Part shown: piece by piece, positions 31,265-38,872 of the stretch
Position numbering within the stretch: position 1 is the first letter of the stretch
How the letters are laid out: every line of letters begins with the position of its first letter
DNA from: a virus
Length of the DNA stretch: 42,398 bases
IMG/VR virus record: IMGVR_UViG_3300045988_081729
Reading direction: 5' to 3' (one strand)
The notes under the pieces: model-generated
Database searches by the model: none
Told to the model about the DNA's origin: nothing
Seen by the model: only the letters and a program-made list of their open reading frames with translations
Translations under genes and position numbers: made by a program

Positions 31265-32854
31265 TTAAGCTCCTTTATATTCTCTCGGGTTGATATCCAT
31301 TGGAATCCGCCAGCCATTCGCTGCGATCCTGTCGATCAGATTCTTTGCTGTTTCAAACTGCCAGGTTCCTACATGCTCAAATCCCCTGCTTTCCAGAAAA
31401 CGGATCTGTTTTGGTGTCGTCAGCCCCTCCGTGCGTCTTTTACTCAATCGATCCAAGATCTTTTCTGCTTTTCCTGCATTCTCGATTTCATCCGGCATAA
31501 TGCCCAGCTTTTCCAGTGTCTTTTTCTGCTTCTCAGATGGCGGTCCCATTTCCCACCCAAAAGAGGGAACATAGCTGGACAGGTCTTCCGCCTGGATGGA
31601 CATCTCAAACTGCAGCGGATCCACCAGTTTCTTTTTGCGCTTCTTCATTTCTGCAAGCTGCTTTGCTAAAGCTTCTTCTCTTTGTGCTACGACATCCTCA
31701 GATGCTTTCTGTTCTGCTTCTTCTAAGTCAACCGGCATGCCTGCTTCTTTTTCCAGATTTTCTGTCATCTGCTGGGCTACTTCTTCATTTTCGCAGATCA
31801 GGCTCGCCGGATGGCACAGCTCATGCCGCTCTGTGTGCCACAAAAAATCAAGCAACAGTAGATGGTCTTTTCCTGTTTCCGGGGACAATCGGGTACCGCG
31901 CCCCACCATCTGACAATACAGGCTCCGCACCTTGGTTGGTCTGAGAACCACAATACAATTCACAGACGGGCAATCCCAGCCCTCTGTCAGGAGCATCGAA
32001 TTGCACAGCACGTTATACTTCCCGGCATCAAAATCTTTCAGAATTTCAGCTCTGTCCTGGCTGTCTCCATTTACTTCTGCCGCCCTAAATCCATACTGAT
32101 TCAGCAAGTCACGGAATTTCTGGCTGGTCTTTACCAGCGGAAGGAATACCACTGTTTTCTTATCCATGCAGTATTTCTGCATTTCTTCTGCGATCCCCTG
32201 CAGATATGGATCCAGTGCGGTGCCGATTTCGCTTGCTTTAAAGTCTCCAGCCTGCACTGATACACTACTCATATCAATTTTGAGCGGAATAGTCAGTGCC
32301 TTGATTGGGGACAGATACCCTTCTTTGATTGCTTTTGGAAGCGTATATTCATAGGCCAGCGATTCAAAATAAACTCCAAGATTCCGCATATCGCCGCGGT
32401 CCGGTGTCGCTGTTACTCCCAATACATGCGCATGCGGGAAATGCTGCAGCACTCTCTGGTAGCTGTCCGAAATACAGTGATGGGCTTCGTCGATGATGAT
32501 TGTATTAAAATAAAAAGGATCAAAGCTGTTCAGGCGTTTTTCTCTCATCAGTGTCTGCACAGAGCCAACTACCACGCGGAACCAGCTCCCCTGACAGGAA
32601 CTCTCTGCCTTTTCAAGCGCACAGCCAAGACCGGTTGTCTTCATCAGCTTATCTGCCGCCTGTTCCAGCAGTTCCCCTCTGTGTGCCAGGATCAGGACAC
32701 GATCACCCTGCCGGACACACTCTTCTGTTACTTTAGCAAAAACTACTGTCTTTCCACATCCAGTAGGAAGGACCAGCAGGGTTTTTAACACCCCGCTGTC
32801 CCACTGTTCAAAAATAGCTTCTTTTGCTTCTTTCTGATACGGTCTCAGTTCCAT
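31265..32854 (-). CDS. SF2 DEAD/DEAH-box (DEAH-type) helicase
   Basis: LRPYQ, PTGCGKT (motif I), IIIDEAHH (motif II), GVTATP (motif III), later helicase-C motifs VGRGTR. Confidence 0.9.
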   Translation of the reverse strand: MELRPYQKEAKEAIFEQWDSGVLKTLLVLPTGCGKTVVFAKVTEECVRQGDRVLILAHRGELLEQAADKLMKTTGLGCALEKAESSCQGSWFRVVVGSVQTLMREKRLNSFDPFYFNTIIIDEAHHCISDSYQRVLQHFPHAHVLGVTATPDRGDMRNLGVYFESLAYEYTLPKAIKEGYLSPIKALTIPLKIDMSSVSVQAGDFKASEIGTALDPYLQGIAEEMQKYCMDKKTVVFLPLVKTSQKFRDLLNQYGFRAAEVNGDSQDRAEILKDFDAGKYNVLCNSMLLTEGWDCPSVNCIVVLRPTKVRSLYCQMVGRGTRLSPETGKDHLLLLDFLWHTERHELCHPASLICENEEVAQQMTENLEKEAGMPVDLEEAEQKASEDVVAQREEALAKQLAEMKKRKKKLVDPLQFEMSIQAEDLSSYVPSFGWEMGPPSEKQKKTLEKLGIMPDEIENAGKAEKILDRLSKRRTEGLTTPKQIRFLESRGFEHVGTWQFETAKNLIDRIAANGWRIPMDINPREYKGA

Positions 32855-33301
32855 TTAAAATCTCCCTGGCGTAAATGCTGGCTTATCCGAGTCTTTCGGA
32901 TACAGCTTTTCGATGTAATTGAACTTCTTATTTGGATCTTTGATTCCCGGCTTCACGCCGATTTTTGCTCTTGCCGTTTTTCCCGGAAGTGAATTCCAGT
33001 CCATTCTGAGCTCTTCGCCCTCTTTTTTCAGGCCAACACCACGGAACAACTCCGACAGCTTCCATTCCAGACTGCTATGTAAGATATAGTTCTCGCGAAT
33101 TGTAATCTCACGGTCTTGTCCGTGTACAATAAAGTACACGACTGCCATATTGCATGGCGGGAGCTTTCCTTCTCCTTTGGATCTGCTGCGGTCATATTTC
33201 TCGATGGTTACGTTGTAATCCCCCTCCGGGATTGGATCAAAGTTCTGGGAATCCTGTTTAATAGAATCATCCCATCCAAGTTCTCTTCCTTCTACTGACA
33301 T
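32855..33301 (-). CDS. DUF669-family protein (ssDNA-binding partner of Sak4-type recombinases)
   Basis: LGWDDSI...FDPIPEGDYNVTI... N-terminal signature, and the conserved position between the AAA_24 ATPase and the helicase. Confidence 0.7.
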   Translation of the reverse strand: MSVEGRELGWDDSIKQDSQNFDPIPEGDYNVTIEKYDRSRSKGEGKLPPCNMAVVYFIVHGQDREITIRENYILHSSLEWKLSELFRGVGLKKEGEELRMDWNSLPGKTARAKIGVKPGIKDPNKKFNYIEKLYPKDSDKPAFTPGRF

Positions 33302-33315
33302 AATCGTTTTCCTCC

Positions 33316-34455
33316 TTAATTAAATGGAATTTCCTGTTTTTCTTTCATTTCTTTGATTGCAGCATAGACCTGGTCCCAGCAGGCTACCAGAAGCCCCTCG
33401 ATAATGCCAGGATTTACGACATCGTAATCTTTGATCTTTGTGCCGACCGGAACATACCCTTTCGCTTCTACGACGTTCTCCACGTCCCATTCATCTACGT
33501 GATAAGTTTCCATCAGGTCTCGCAGTGCCTTCGGGATTTCCGGATCCAGACTGTTCTCCCCTGCAGGATCCGGCGTTTTAGGCGGCTCATCCAGTGGAAG
33601 ATTCATCTGTTCCCCAGTTACTTCTTCTGGCGTTGTCGGCTTCGGAGCTTCCGGAACGGGCTCAGGAGCTGACGCCGTTTTAGGTACTTCTGCAGCTTTG
33701 TACGGTTTCATATCTGCGGAAGCTTTTCCCTGTTCTATAATGCTCTGAATGACTTTGTAGTCAAACGGAACCTCATCCGGCAGACCGAAACGGTTCTTTG
33801 CATCCCAGCAGGCGTTATGTGACGTGTACATGACACGCTCACCGCCCTGCGCTTTCCTCTTCTTTCCCTTGTCATCAACTGCAATGGAAAACGTTTTGTA
33901 GTTGGCAAACAGCAGCATGTCCGCCCATTCCTTGATCAGCGGCGATGTCTGGGATGTTGTTTTCTTTCCAAGCTTCAGTTCCCATCGGTCATAAGCTCCC
34001 AGCTCATCCGGCTGTTCAAATTTTTTAATCTGCGCATGTGCTGTAAGAACCACGTTGACGCCCGCTTCCACAACTTCTGAAAGCCGATTCAGGAACCGGC
34101 CAATCTCCTCTTTTACATAGGTATAGCCGTTTCCATACCCGAAATCCTCGATTCCAAACTTCCGATGCTTATCGCAGATAAACTGGATGCACATAGACTC
34201 CGCCCAGTCGATCGTGTCAACCACAAGCGTTTTACACACGTCCGGATGCGTCCGGATGTAGTCCACCTGGTCAAGAAGGTTCTGCCAGCTTGTAGCTTTT
34301 GGCAACCGGGCAACATTCATTGAGTTCGTGCTACCCTCAGTATCAATGAACACCGGATCCGGGAATTTACTGGCAAACGTAGATTTTCCAATTCCTTCCG
34401 GACCATAAACCACAACTTTTTTTGCACAGGGAATCACACCTTTGATAATTTCCAT
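33316..34455 (-). CDS. AAA_24 (Sak4-like) RecA-fold ATPase with a Pro-rich linker and extra C-terminal domain
   Basis: Start ATG 34455 (TAATG overlap). KVVVYGPEGIGKSTFAS Walker A, LVVDTID Walker B. C-terminal ~110 aa after a PEPVPEAPKPTTPEE linker. Confidence 0.8.
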   Translation of the reverse strand: MEIIKGVIPCAKKVVVYGPEGIGKSTFASKFPDPVFIDTEGSTNSMNVARLPKATSWQNLLDQVDYIRTHPDVCKTLVVDTIDWAESMCIQFICDKHRKFGIEDFGYGNGYTYVKEEIGRFLNRLSEVVEAGVNVVLTAHAQIKKFEQPDELGAYDRWELKLGKKTTSQTSPLIKEWADMLLFANYKTFSIAVDDKGKKRKAQGGERVMYTSHNACWDAKNRFGLPDEVPFDYKVIQSIIEQGKASADMKPYKAAEVPKTASAPEPVPEAPKPTTPEEVTGEQMNLPLDEPPKTPDPAGENSLDPEIPKALRDLMETYHVDEWDVENVVEAKGYVPVGTKIKDYDVVNPGIIEGLLVACWDQVYAAIKEMKEKQEIPFN

Positions 34456-35747
34456 TAAAATACACCTGCCTTCCATGATTTCTGCTGTGGCTGTTCAGCC
34501 TGCGCCTGTCCAACCACATAACCGTCTTCGATAATGATGCTGCATTCATCACCGGTACTTACCCTAGTAGCGATCGCCTGCAGCCCCTCGCCTTCCAGCC
34601 AGGAACCAAACTCCTGCAGTGTCTGCAGATCCATCTGTTCCAGTTTATCCAGGAGAACAAAGCCACACTCCGGATTCAATTTCCGGACAATGGCAGTTGA
34701 TACCATCAGCCGTTCAGAACCGGACATGTTGTCCCATTTCTGCCCTTTATACACCAGCTCACCTTCCTTTACAGACAGATCTGGAAGAGGCAGCTCTGCA
34801 GAAGAAAGCAGGTTTGCTTTCTTTTCCCGGACAGAAGTAATTTTCTCTGAAAGTTGATCATACTGACGACGGTATTCTTTTGCATCATCCTCCGCCTTCT
34901 CCTTGTCCAGATTTGCGCGTACCATTCGATTGATTTCCTCAATATTGGAAATGCTGTCTTCCAGCTCCTTGGTAGACTGATCGACCAGATCAGCGGCCGA
35001 CTTTTCAGCAGTTTCCAGATCTTTTACCAGCTGCAGATGATGCTGCTTTGCCGCCTCCAGCTGTTCCGACAACCGTTTCACTTCGTCGTAGGCGCGTTTG
35101 GTCTCTTCCCGGATCTTTCCGGCCTGTTCTCTTTTCCGTTGATTCTCGCCGTTCTGAGCGAGGATGTCCTGCTGCTGCCGAATCAGTGCAGATGGGGAAA
35201 CCAGATCCTTTGGAGCATCCGGATAATACGGCTGTTCTTTGGCGAACTTTTCTTTCTGATCCGCAGTCCGGCCGATGTACAGCCGATCCTGATACAGCTC
35301 TTTTTCTTCTTTCTCTAACTCCGCCAGCTGGTTACCAACGCCGATGATCTGCAGCAACGTCTGTGCTTTTTCCTTCCCGGAGCTCTCCATGAACTTCGGA
35401 AGATTCAATGCCAGAGACTCGACAAAAGTGTTTAACAACGACTGTCCGGCCTTCTGACCGCTTGGATCCGTTACCTTCAACGCACTGTTCTTGCCTTTAC
35501 GTTCAACGATCAGACCGTTGTTCAATACTATTTTTAAGTTTGGCGGGATGATGGATCCATCACGCGTTGCATCTGATGGTCTGAAATTTTCGCCACCCAA
35601 TGCCCACGCAATGGAATCCAGCACCGACGTCTTACCCTGGTTGTTTCTGCCACCAATGACGGTCAGGCCGTTTGCCGTCGGTTCCAGTTTCACTGCTTTG
35701 ATTCGCTTGACATTTTCAATTTCAAGCTTATTGATTTTCACTGACAT
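34455..35747 (-). CDS. SMC/Rad50-like (AAA_23) ATPase with a central coiled coil
   Basis: Start ATG 35747 (AAGGAGGA RBS). MSVKINKLEIENVKRIK...GGRNNQGKTSVLD Walker A, long coiled coil, signature-like SGSERLM, Walker B FVLLDKLEQMD. Confidence 0.8.
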   Translation of the reverse strand: MSVKINKLEIENVKRIKAVKLEPTANGLTVIGGRNNQGKTSVLDSIAWALGGENFRPSDATRDGSIIPPNLKIVLNNGLIVERKGKNSALKVTDPSGQKAGQSLLNTFVESLALNLPKFMESSGKEKAQTLLQIIGVGNQLAELEKEEKELYQDRLYIGRTADQKEKFAKEQPYYPDAPKDLVSPSALIRQQQDILAQNGENQRKREQAGKIREETKRAYDEVKRLSEQLEAAKQHHLQLVKDLETAEKSAADLVDQSTKELEDSISNIEEINRMVRANLDKEKAEDDAKEYRRQYDQLSEKITSVREKKANLLSSAELPLPDLSVKEGELVYKGQKWDNMSGSERLMVSTAIVRKLNPECGFVLLDKLEQMDLQTLQEFGSWLEGEGLQAIATRVSTGDECSIIIEDGYVVGQAQAEQPQQKSWKAGVF

Positions 35748-36117
35748 CTTTCTTATCCTCCTTGTCTTTGTTAAAGTAATTCCAAACCGTCCCCGCACTG
35801 CAGCCCATTTCGTCTGCAATCTTTTCATAGGACCATCCTGCGTTTCGAAGCGCCGTCATCTTTCCAGTGTCCAGCTTCCTTTTCCTGCCCTGTCCAGCAG
35901 GGCTTTTCGGGGGGGGCGTTGGTTTTACCTCTTCTTTCGTTTCCGGCTCTTTCTGTGGCTGTTTCATGACCGCAAACACAGCCCCGGCTTCTGCGGCCGC
36001 CCGCACATCCTGCATGGTCATACTGCTGATGGCAACCGGATGCATGACGTAGATATCATCATGCATGCCGTGCATTGTCAGATCCACGGCCTCCGTATAT
36101 TCAACAATCTGCATCAT
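35728..36117 (-). CDS. HTH-domain protein (129 aa)
   Basis: Start at ATG 36117/36114, right after the stop of the upstream 82-aa gene. The Arg-rich upstream extension in the track was rejected. C-terminal HTH ...MTALRNAGWSYEKIADEMGCSAGTVWNYF. Confidence 0.6.
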   Translation of the reverse strand: MMQIVEYTEAVDLTMHGMHDDIYVMHPVAISSMTMQDVRAAAEAGAVFAVMKQPQKEPETKEEVKPTPPPKSPAGQGRKRKLDTGKMTALRNAGWSYEKIADEMGCSAGTVWNYFNKDKEDKKDVSENQ

Positions 36118-36119
36118 TC

Positions 36120-36368
36120 TCACCCTTCTTTCAACGACCCTGAGCGGATCCACGCCGCAAACACCTCGTCCCGGCGCTCTTCTTCCCGCTCTTCCTGCTC
36201 CTCGCGGCACTCTTCGACGTAATCGCCGATCTTCTTTGCCACGAGCGCCAGAAGGAACATTCCAGCTCCCAGGGCGGCGCGTCCCCACAGGTCGGAATCC
36301 ACGCCGCCGATGTAAATCCATGTACCAACCGCGCCGAGCGCCAGCGCTACTTTATCCGATGCTTTCAT
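36120..36368 (-). CDS. Small membrane protein (82 aa, two hydrophobic helices, acidic tail)
   Basis: GGAAGGAG RBS. KVALALGAVGTWIYIGG and AALGAGMFLLALVA helices. The stop abuts the next start. Confidence 0.6.
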   Translation of the reverse strand: MKASDKVALALGAVGTWIYIGGVDSDLWGRAALGAGMFLLALVAKKIGDYVEECREEQEEREEERRDEVFAAWIRSGSLKEG

Positions 36369-36798
36369 TTGCTGTTACTCCTTCCACGTTGATGCCCTCG
36401 ATCTCCGAGAAACGTTTTGCGTTAATGAAATATACCCAGTGGTCCGATGTTTTGATTCCATAGCCCCATGGGAATACCCCCTGCTGGAGCCCTTTGCGCA
36501 CGGTCTGATGATTAATTCCCATCATCCGCGCGGCATCCATGACACTCAGACGCGGGATAATGCAATCTTTCGCTTTCTGTGTCGAAAGCGCCGGCATTCG
36601 GTCATCCGCCTTGGAAAAGTAGTCCTCTTTCAATCCCAGTGCAACGGCGATATCACGCTGCTGCTCCTCAGGCGGAATCTGCTTTCCGGCAAGGTACTGG
36701 CTGATTGATGCTTTGCTTTTTCCGGTCATTCCTGCCATCTGCACCTGCGTAAGATTCAATTCTTTTGCAGCTTTTTTCAATTTTTCTGAAAAATTCAT
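36352..36798 (-). CDS. XRE-family HTH protein with a second C-terminal DNA-binding-like domain
   Basis: FSEKLKKAAKELNLTQVQMAGMTGKSKASISQYLAGKQIP is a classic XRE HTH. C-terminal ...LSVMDAARMMGINHQTVRKGLQQG looks like a second HTH. Start uncertain (ATG 36798 or GTG 36813), with weak RBSs. Confidence 0.65.
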   Translation of the reverse strand: MNFSEKLKKAAKELNLTQVQMAGMTGKSKASISQYLAGKQIPPEEQQRDIAVALGLKEDYFSKADDRMPALSTQKAKDCIIPRLSVMDAARMMGINHQTVRKGLQQGVFPWGYGIKTSDHWVYFINAKRFSEIEGINVEGVTANESIG

Positions 36799-36885
36799 TG
36801 CCTTATTACTCACTTTCTGCTACGATGTAGCTGGTTTGTTTGTGTGTCCCATGGGAACTGGTCCTTCCTGTGGGACTTTTTCTTT

Positions 36886-37617
36886 TTATACCGCTTCTTC
36901 TTTTTTAAGGTACTTATTCAGAAAATACTGCTGGCCTTTCCCAGTTACCTTTGTAGTTTTGGTCATCCGCACGCTGCCGTCCGGATTGGAAATCACGGTT
37001 TCTTTGATCTGAAATAGACCGTCCGCTACATATCGCTGCGTCGGCATGTTCCGACTGGATCCAGTCTTCATGAGGTACCCTTCGTTGCGGAGCTGTTCGA
37101 ACAATCTTTTCTGTCCGGTATCTACGCCATTCTGACGCAGGAGCTTCGCGAGGTCGCCGATCAGGATGGAGCTGGTGCTTGCGCTCACCGCGTCCGCGAA
37201 GATTTCCTTCGGCTTCATGCGCTCGTTCTCCTCAATCAGTTTCTTGTTATCTTCTTTCAGAGTGTCGATGGTTCTGTCTGCGAGCTTCAGCGCCCTTGCC
37301 ATCACCTGCTCCGGAGTGTTCCAGGCCTTCTCCAAGTCGACGAAGTACTGACGATACAGTTTACCTTTCTCGGAGCGCTGAATCATGCAGATCTGTTTGG
37401 CCATATCTACGGAAATGTTATGATCTATAGTTCTTCCACCGTTTTCTAAATTTTTAGAAAACGTGAAATAGTCCATATTTTCAACAAATCCATATGCTGA
37501 CATGTTTTTAAACCAATCAGCATACTTGCTTTTAATTTCCAGTGCTTCATGCAGGTCTCTCGCCGATACTGTCGGCTGTTCTCCTTCGTAATTAATAGGA
37601 ATCAACATCTTTTCCAT
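36886..37617 (-). CDS. Antirepressor (Rha/AntA-like N-terminal domain + KilAC C-terminal domain)
   Basis: Start ATG 37617 (GAAGGTGAG RBS). VSARDLHEALEIKSKYADWFKNM...FVENMDYF (Rha-like) and ...FADAVSASTSSILIGDLAKLLRQNGVDTGQKRLFEQLRNEGYL (KilAC). Confidence 0.8.
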   Translation of the reverse strand: MEKMLIPINYEGEQPTVSARDLHEALEIKSKYADWFKNMSAYGFVENMDYFTFSKNLENGGRTIDHNISVDMAKQICMIQRSEKGKLYRQYFVDLEKAWNTPEQVMARALKLADRTIDTLKEDNKKLIEENERMKPKEIFADAVSASTSSILIGDLAKLLRQNGVDTGQKRLFEQLRNEGYLMKTGSSRNMPTQRYVADGLFQIKETVISNPDGSVRMTKTTKVTGKGQQYFLNKYLKKEEAV

Positions 37618-37765
37618 GTAACTCACCTTCTTTCTTTTTTCTGTCATCCTGTTTCTGGCTTACCATGGCTTCTCCCATCCCCAAGAGATAGCCCTTGTCA
37701 AAATCAGACATTTTAGGAATTGCCGTTGCGATGGTTTCCAGAATCTGTTTTTCTCTTTCTGACAT
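37592..37765 (-). CDS. First early gene: small protein (57 aa), missing from the ORF track
   Basis: AAAGGAAGTGA RBS. Hand translation: MSEREKQILETIATAIPKMSDFDKGYLLGMGEAMVSQKQDDRKKKEGELHGKDVDSY. Not an obvious HTH. Confidence 0.5.
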   Translation of the reverse strand: MSEREKQILETIATAIPKMSDFDKGYLLGMGEAMVSQKQDDRKKKEGELHGKDVDSY

Positions 37766-37824
37766 CTCATTTCACTTCCTTTCTTTGATTTACCAGCAAC
37801 GCAATACTTTGTTGCTATGCGTCT

Positions 37825-37853
37825 ATTATATGTGGCTTATGGTCATTTGTCAA
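37825..37853 (-). promoter_or_regulatory. Early (lytic) promoter, perfect sigma-A consensus
   Basis: Minus strand TTGACA (37853-48), 17 nt, TATAAT (37830-25). A TGTGGC operator box sits in the spacer. Confidence 0.75.
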
Positions 37854-37894
37854 TATTTTTTTGTGGCTTTTCGACTTTTTGTTCTTATGCCACA
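37831..37894. promoter_or_regulatory. Candidate operator boxes (T)TGTGGC(W)T: two direct, one inverted
   Basis: TGTGGC at 37831-36 and 37862-67. GCCACA at 37889-94. All lie in the divergent promoter region between the repressor and the early operon. Confidence 0.5.
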
Positions 37895-37902
37895 ATTTTA
37901 TA

Positions 37903-37931
37903 TTGATTTTTTTTCTATCATGGGTTACAAT
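37903..37931 (+). promoter_or_regulatory. Repressor (lysogenic) promoter
   Basis: TTGATT (37903-08), 17 nt, TACAAT (37926-31), 25 nt upstream of the repressor ATG. Confidence 0.6.
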
Positions 37932-37956
37932 ACATTCAAGGGAAAGAGGTGAGAAA

Positions 37957-38337
37957 ATGAATGAACGTCTCAAGAAATTAAGAAAAGAATTAGATATAAC
38001 TCAGCAAGAATTTGCTGATAAACTTGGAACCGCAAGAAATAATATCGCCGGTTACGAAACTGGCAAACGCCAGCCAAGCGATGCTGTTATCTCTCTTATA
38101 TGTAAGACAGACTTCCCAAAAGGAAGAGTCAATGAGACCTGGCTGCGCACCGGTGAAGGGGAAATGTTTATCGAAGCGTCTCGTGATGAACAGATCGCCG
38201 CTTTCGTCGGCGGCATTTTAAAAGATGAAGAAGACACTTTTAAGAAAAAGTTCATATCAATGCTGGCCGCATTGGATGAATCAGACTGGGAAGTCCTGCA
38301 GAAAATGGTTGAATTATTGCAAGAAAAAAAGGGCTGA
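37957..38337 (+). CDS. CI-like repressor (XRE HTH, no S24 peptidase domain)
   Basis: Start ATG 37957. MNERLKKLRKELDITQQEFADKLGTARNNIAGYETGKRQPS is a classic HTH_3. Divergent from the early operon. Only 126 aa. Confidence 0.8.
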   Translation: MNERLKKLRKELDITQQEFADKLGTARNNIAGYETGKRQPSDAVISLICKTDFPKGRVNETWLRTGEGEMFIEASRDEQIAAFVGGILKDEEDTFKKKFISMLAALDESDWEVLQKMVELLQEKKG

Positions 38338-38349
38338 TTACCTCAGCCC
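38324..38349 (-). terminator. Strong minus-strand terminator overlapping the 3' end of the repressor gene
   Basis: Minus strand GGGCTGA-ggtaa-TCAGCCC followed by TTTTTTT. The stop codons of both convergent genes lie inside the hairpin. Confidence 0.7.
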
Positions 38350-38442
38350 CAAGATCGCTTTGACATACGTATAGATCAGGAATAATCTCCTATCATCGGC
38401 ATGATCGAGCATTTCAATTATAAGTTTCTTGTAATCATCCAT
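38338..38442 (-). CDS. Candidate 34-aa peptide with its own promoter, RBS and terminator
   Basis: GGAGGG 8 nt before ATG 38442. MDDYKKLIIEMLDHADDRRLFLIYTYVKAILGLR. The same frame is open back to 38622/38706 (94 or 122 aa), but those starts lack an RBS and the frame runs through the promoter. Confidence 0.4.
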   Translation of the reverse strand: MDDYKKLIIEMLDHADDRRLFLIYTYVKAILGLR

Positions 38443-38467
38443 AATATGTACCCTCCGATCTGGTATT

Positions 38468-38496
38468 ATTATACTAGAACATTCGTTCGATTTCAA
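38468..38496 (-). promoter_or_regulatory. Near-consensus promoter for the 34-aa peptide gene
   Basis: Minus strand TTGAAA (38496-91), 17 nt, TATAAT (38473-68). Confidence 0.55.
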
Positions 38497-38602
38497 CATT
38501 TTTTTACCGACCACATTGTTCCGTATATCAGTAATACGCCTCGGTGGGTCGCAAATTAGCAGATTTTGGAAATCGTCCGAAAACTCGGACACTTTCTGAA
38601 AA

Positions 38603-38797
38603 TCACTTATAAGGGCTGTCATATAAATCGTGCATCCGCACTTGCAAGCCCTTAGCAATCTGCTCCAGTGTATCCAATCGCGGTATGCTTCCATTGCACA
38701 GATCATTGAGCGTGGACTTCGGGATTCCGGTCAGAATTGATACCTGCCGGAGAGAGAGGTTTTTCTTATAGATGACTTCTGCAATTAATATCTTCAT
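38603..38797 (-). CDS. Small XRE-family HTH protein (64 aa), divergent from the 311-aa orphan gene
   Basis: KKNLSLRQVSILTGIPKSTLNDLCNGSIPRLDTLEQIAKGL is an HTH_3-type motif. No Shine-Dalgarno. A TACTAT box 4 nt before the ATG suggests a leaderless mRNA. Confidence 0.6.
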   Translation of the reverse strand: MKILIAEVIYKKNLSLRQVSILTGIPKSTLNDLCNGSIPRLDTLEQIAKGLQVRMHDLYDSPYK

Positions 38798-38872
38798 GCA
38801 GATAGTATCTGTAAAATATAAAAAAACATTCTGAAAAAATAATAAAAAATGTACAGAAGGTAAAAATCTATT

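Noticed and set aside
31093-31317. 74-aa minus-strand ORF spanning the helicase/primase junction
   Set aside because: It is out of frame with both well-supported genes, which abut each other with a proper RBS. There is no independent signal.
36118-36321. Arg/Gly-rich N-terminal extension of ORF 35728-36321 (MDLHRRRGFRPVGTRRPG...)
   Set aside because: This stretch is the off-frame read of the better-supported 82-aa membrane protein gene (36120-36368). The real start is the ATG-ATG at 36117/36114, right after that gene's stop.
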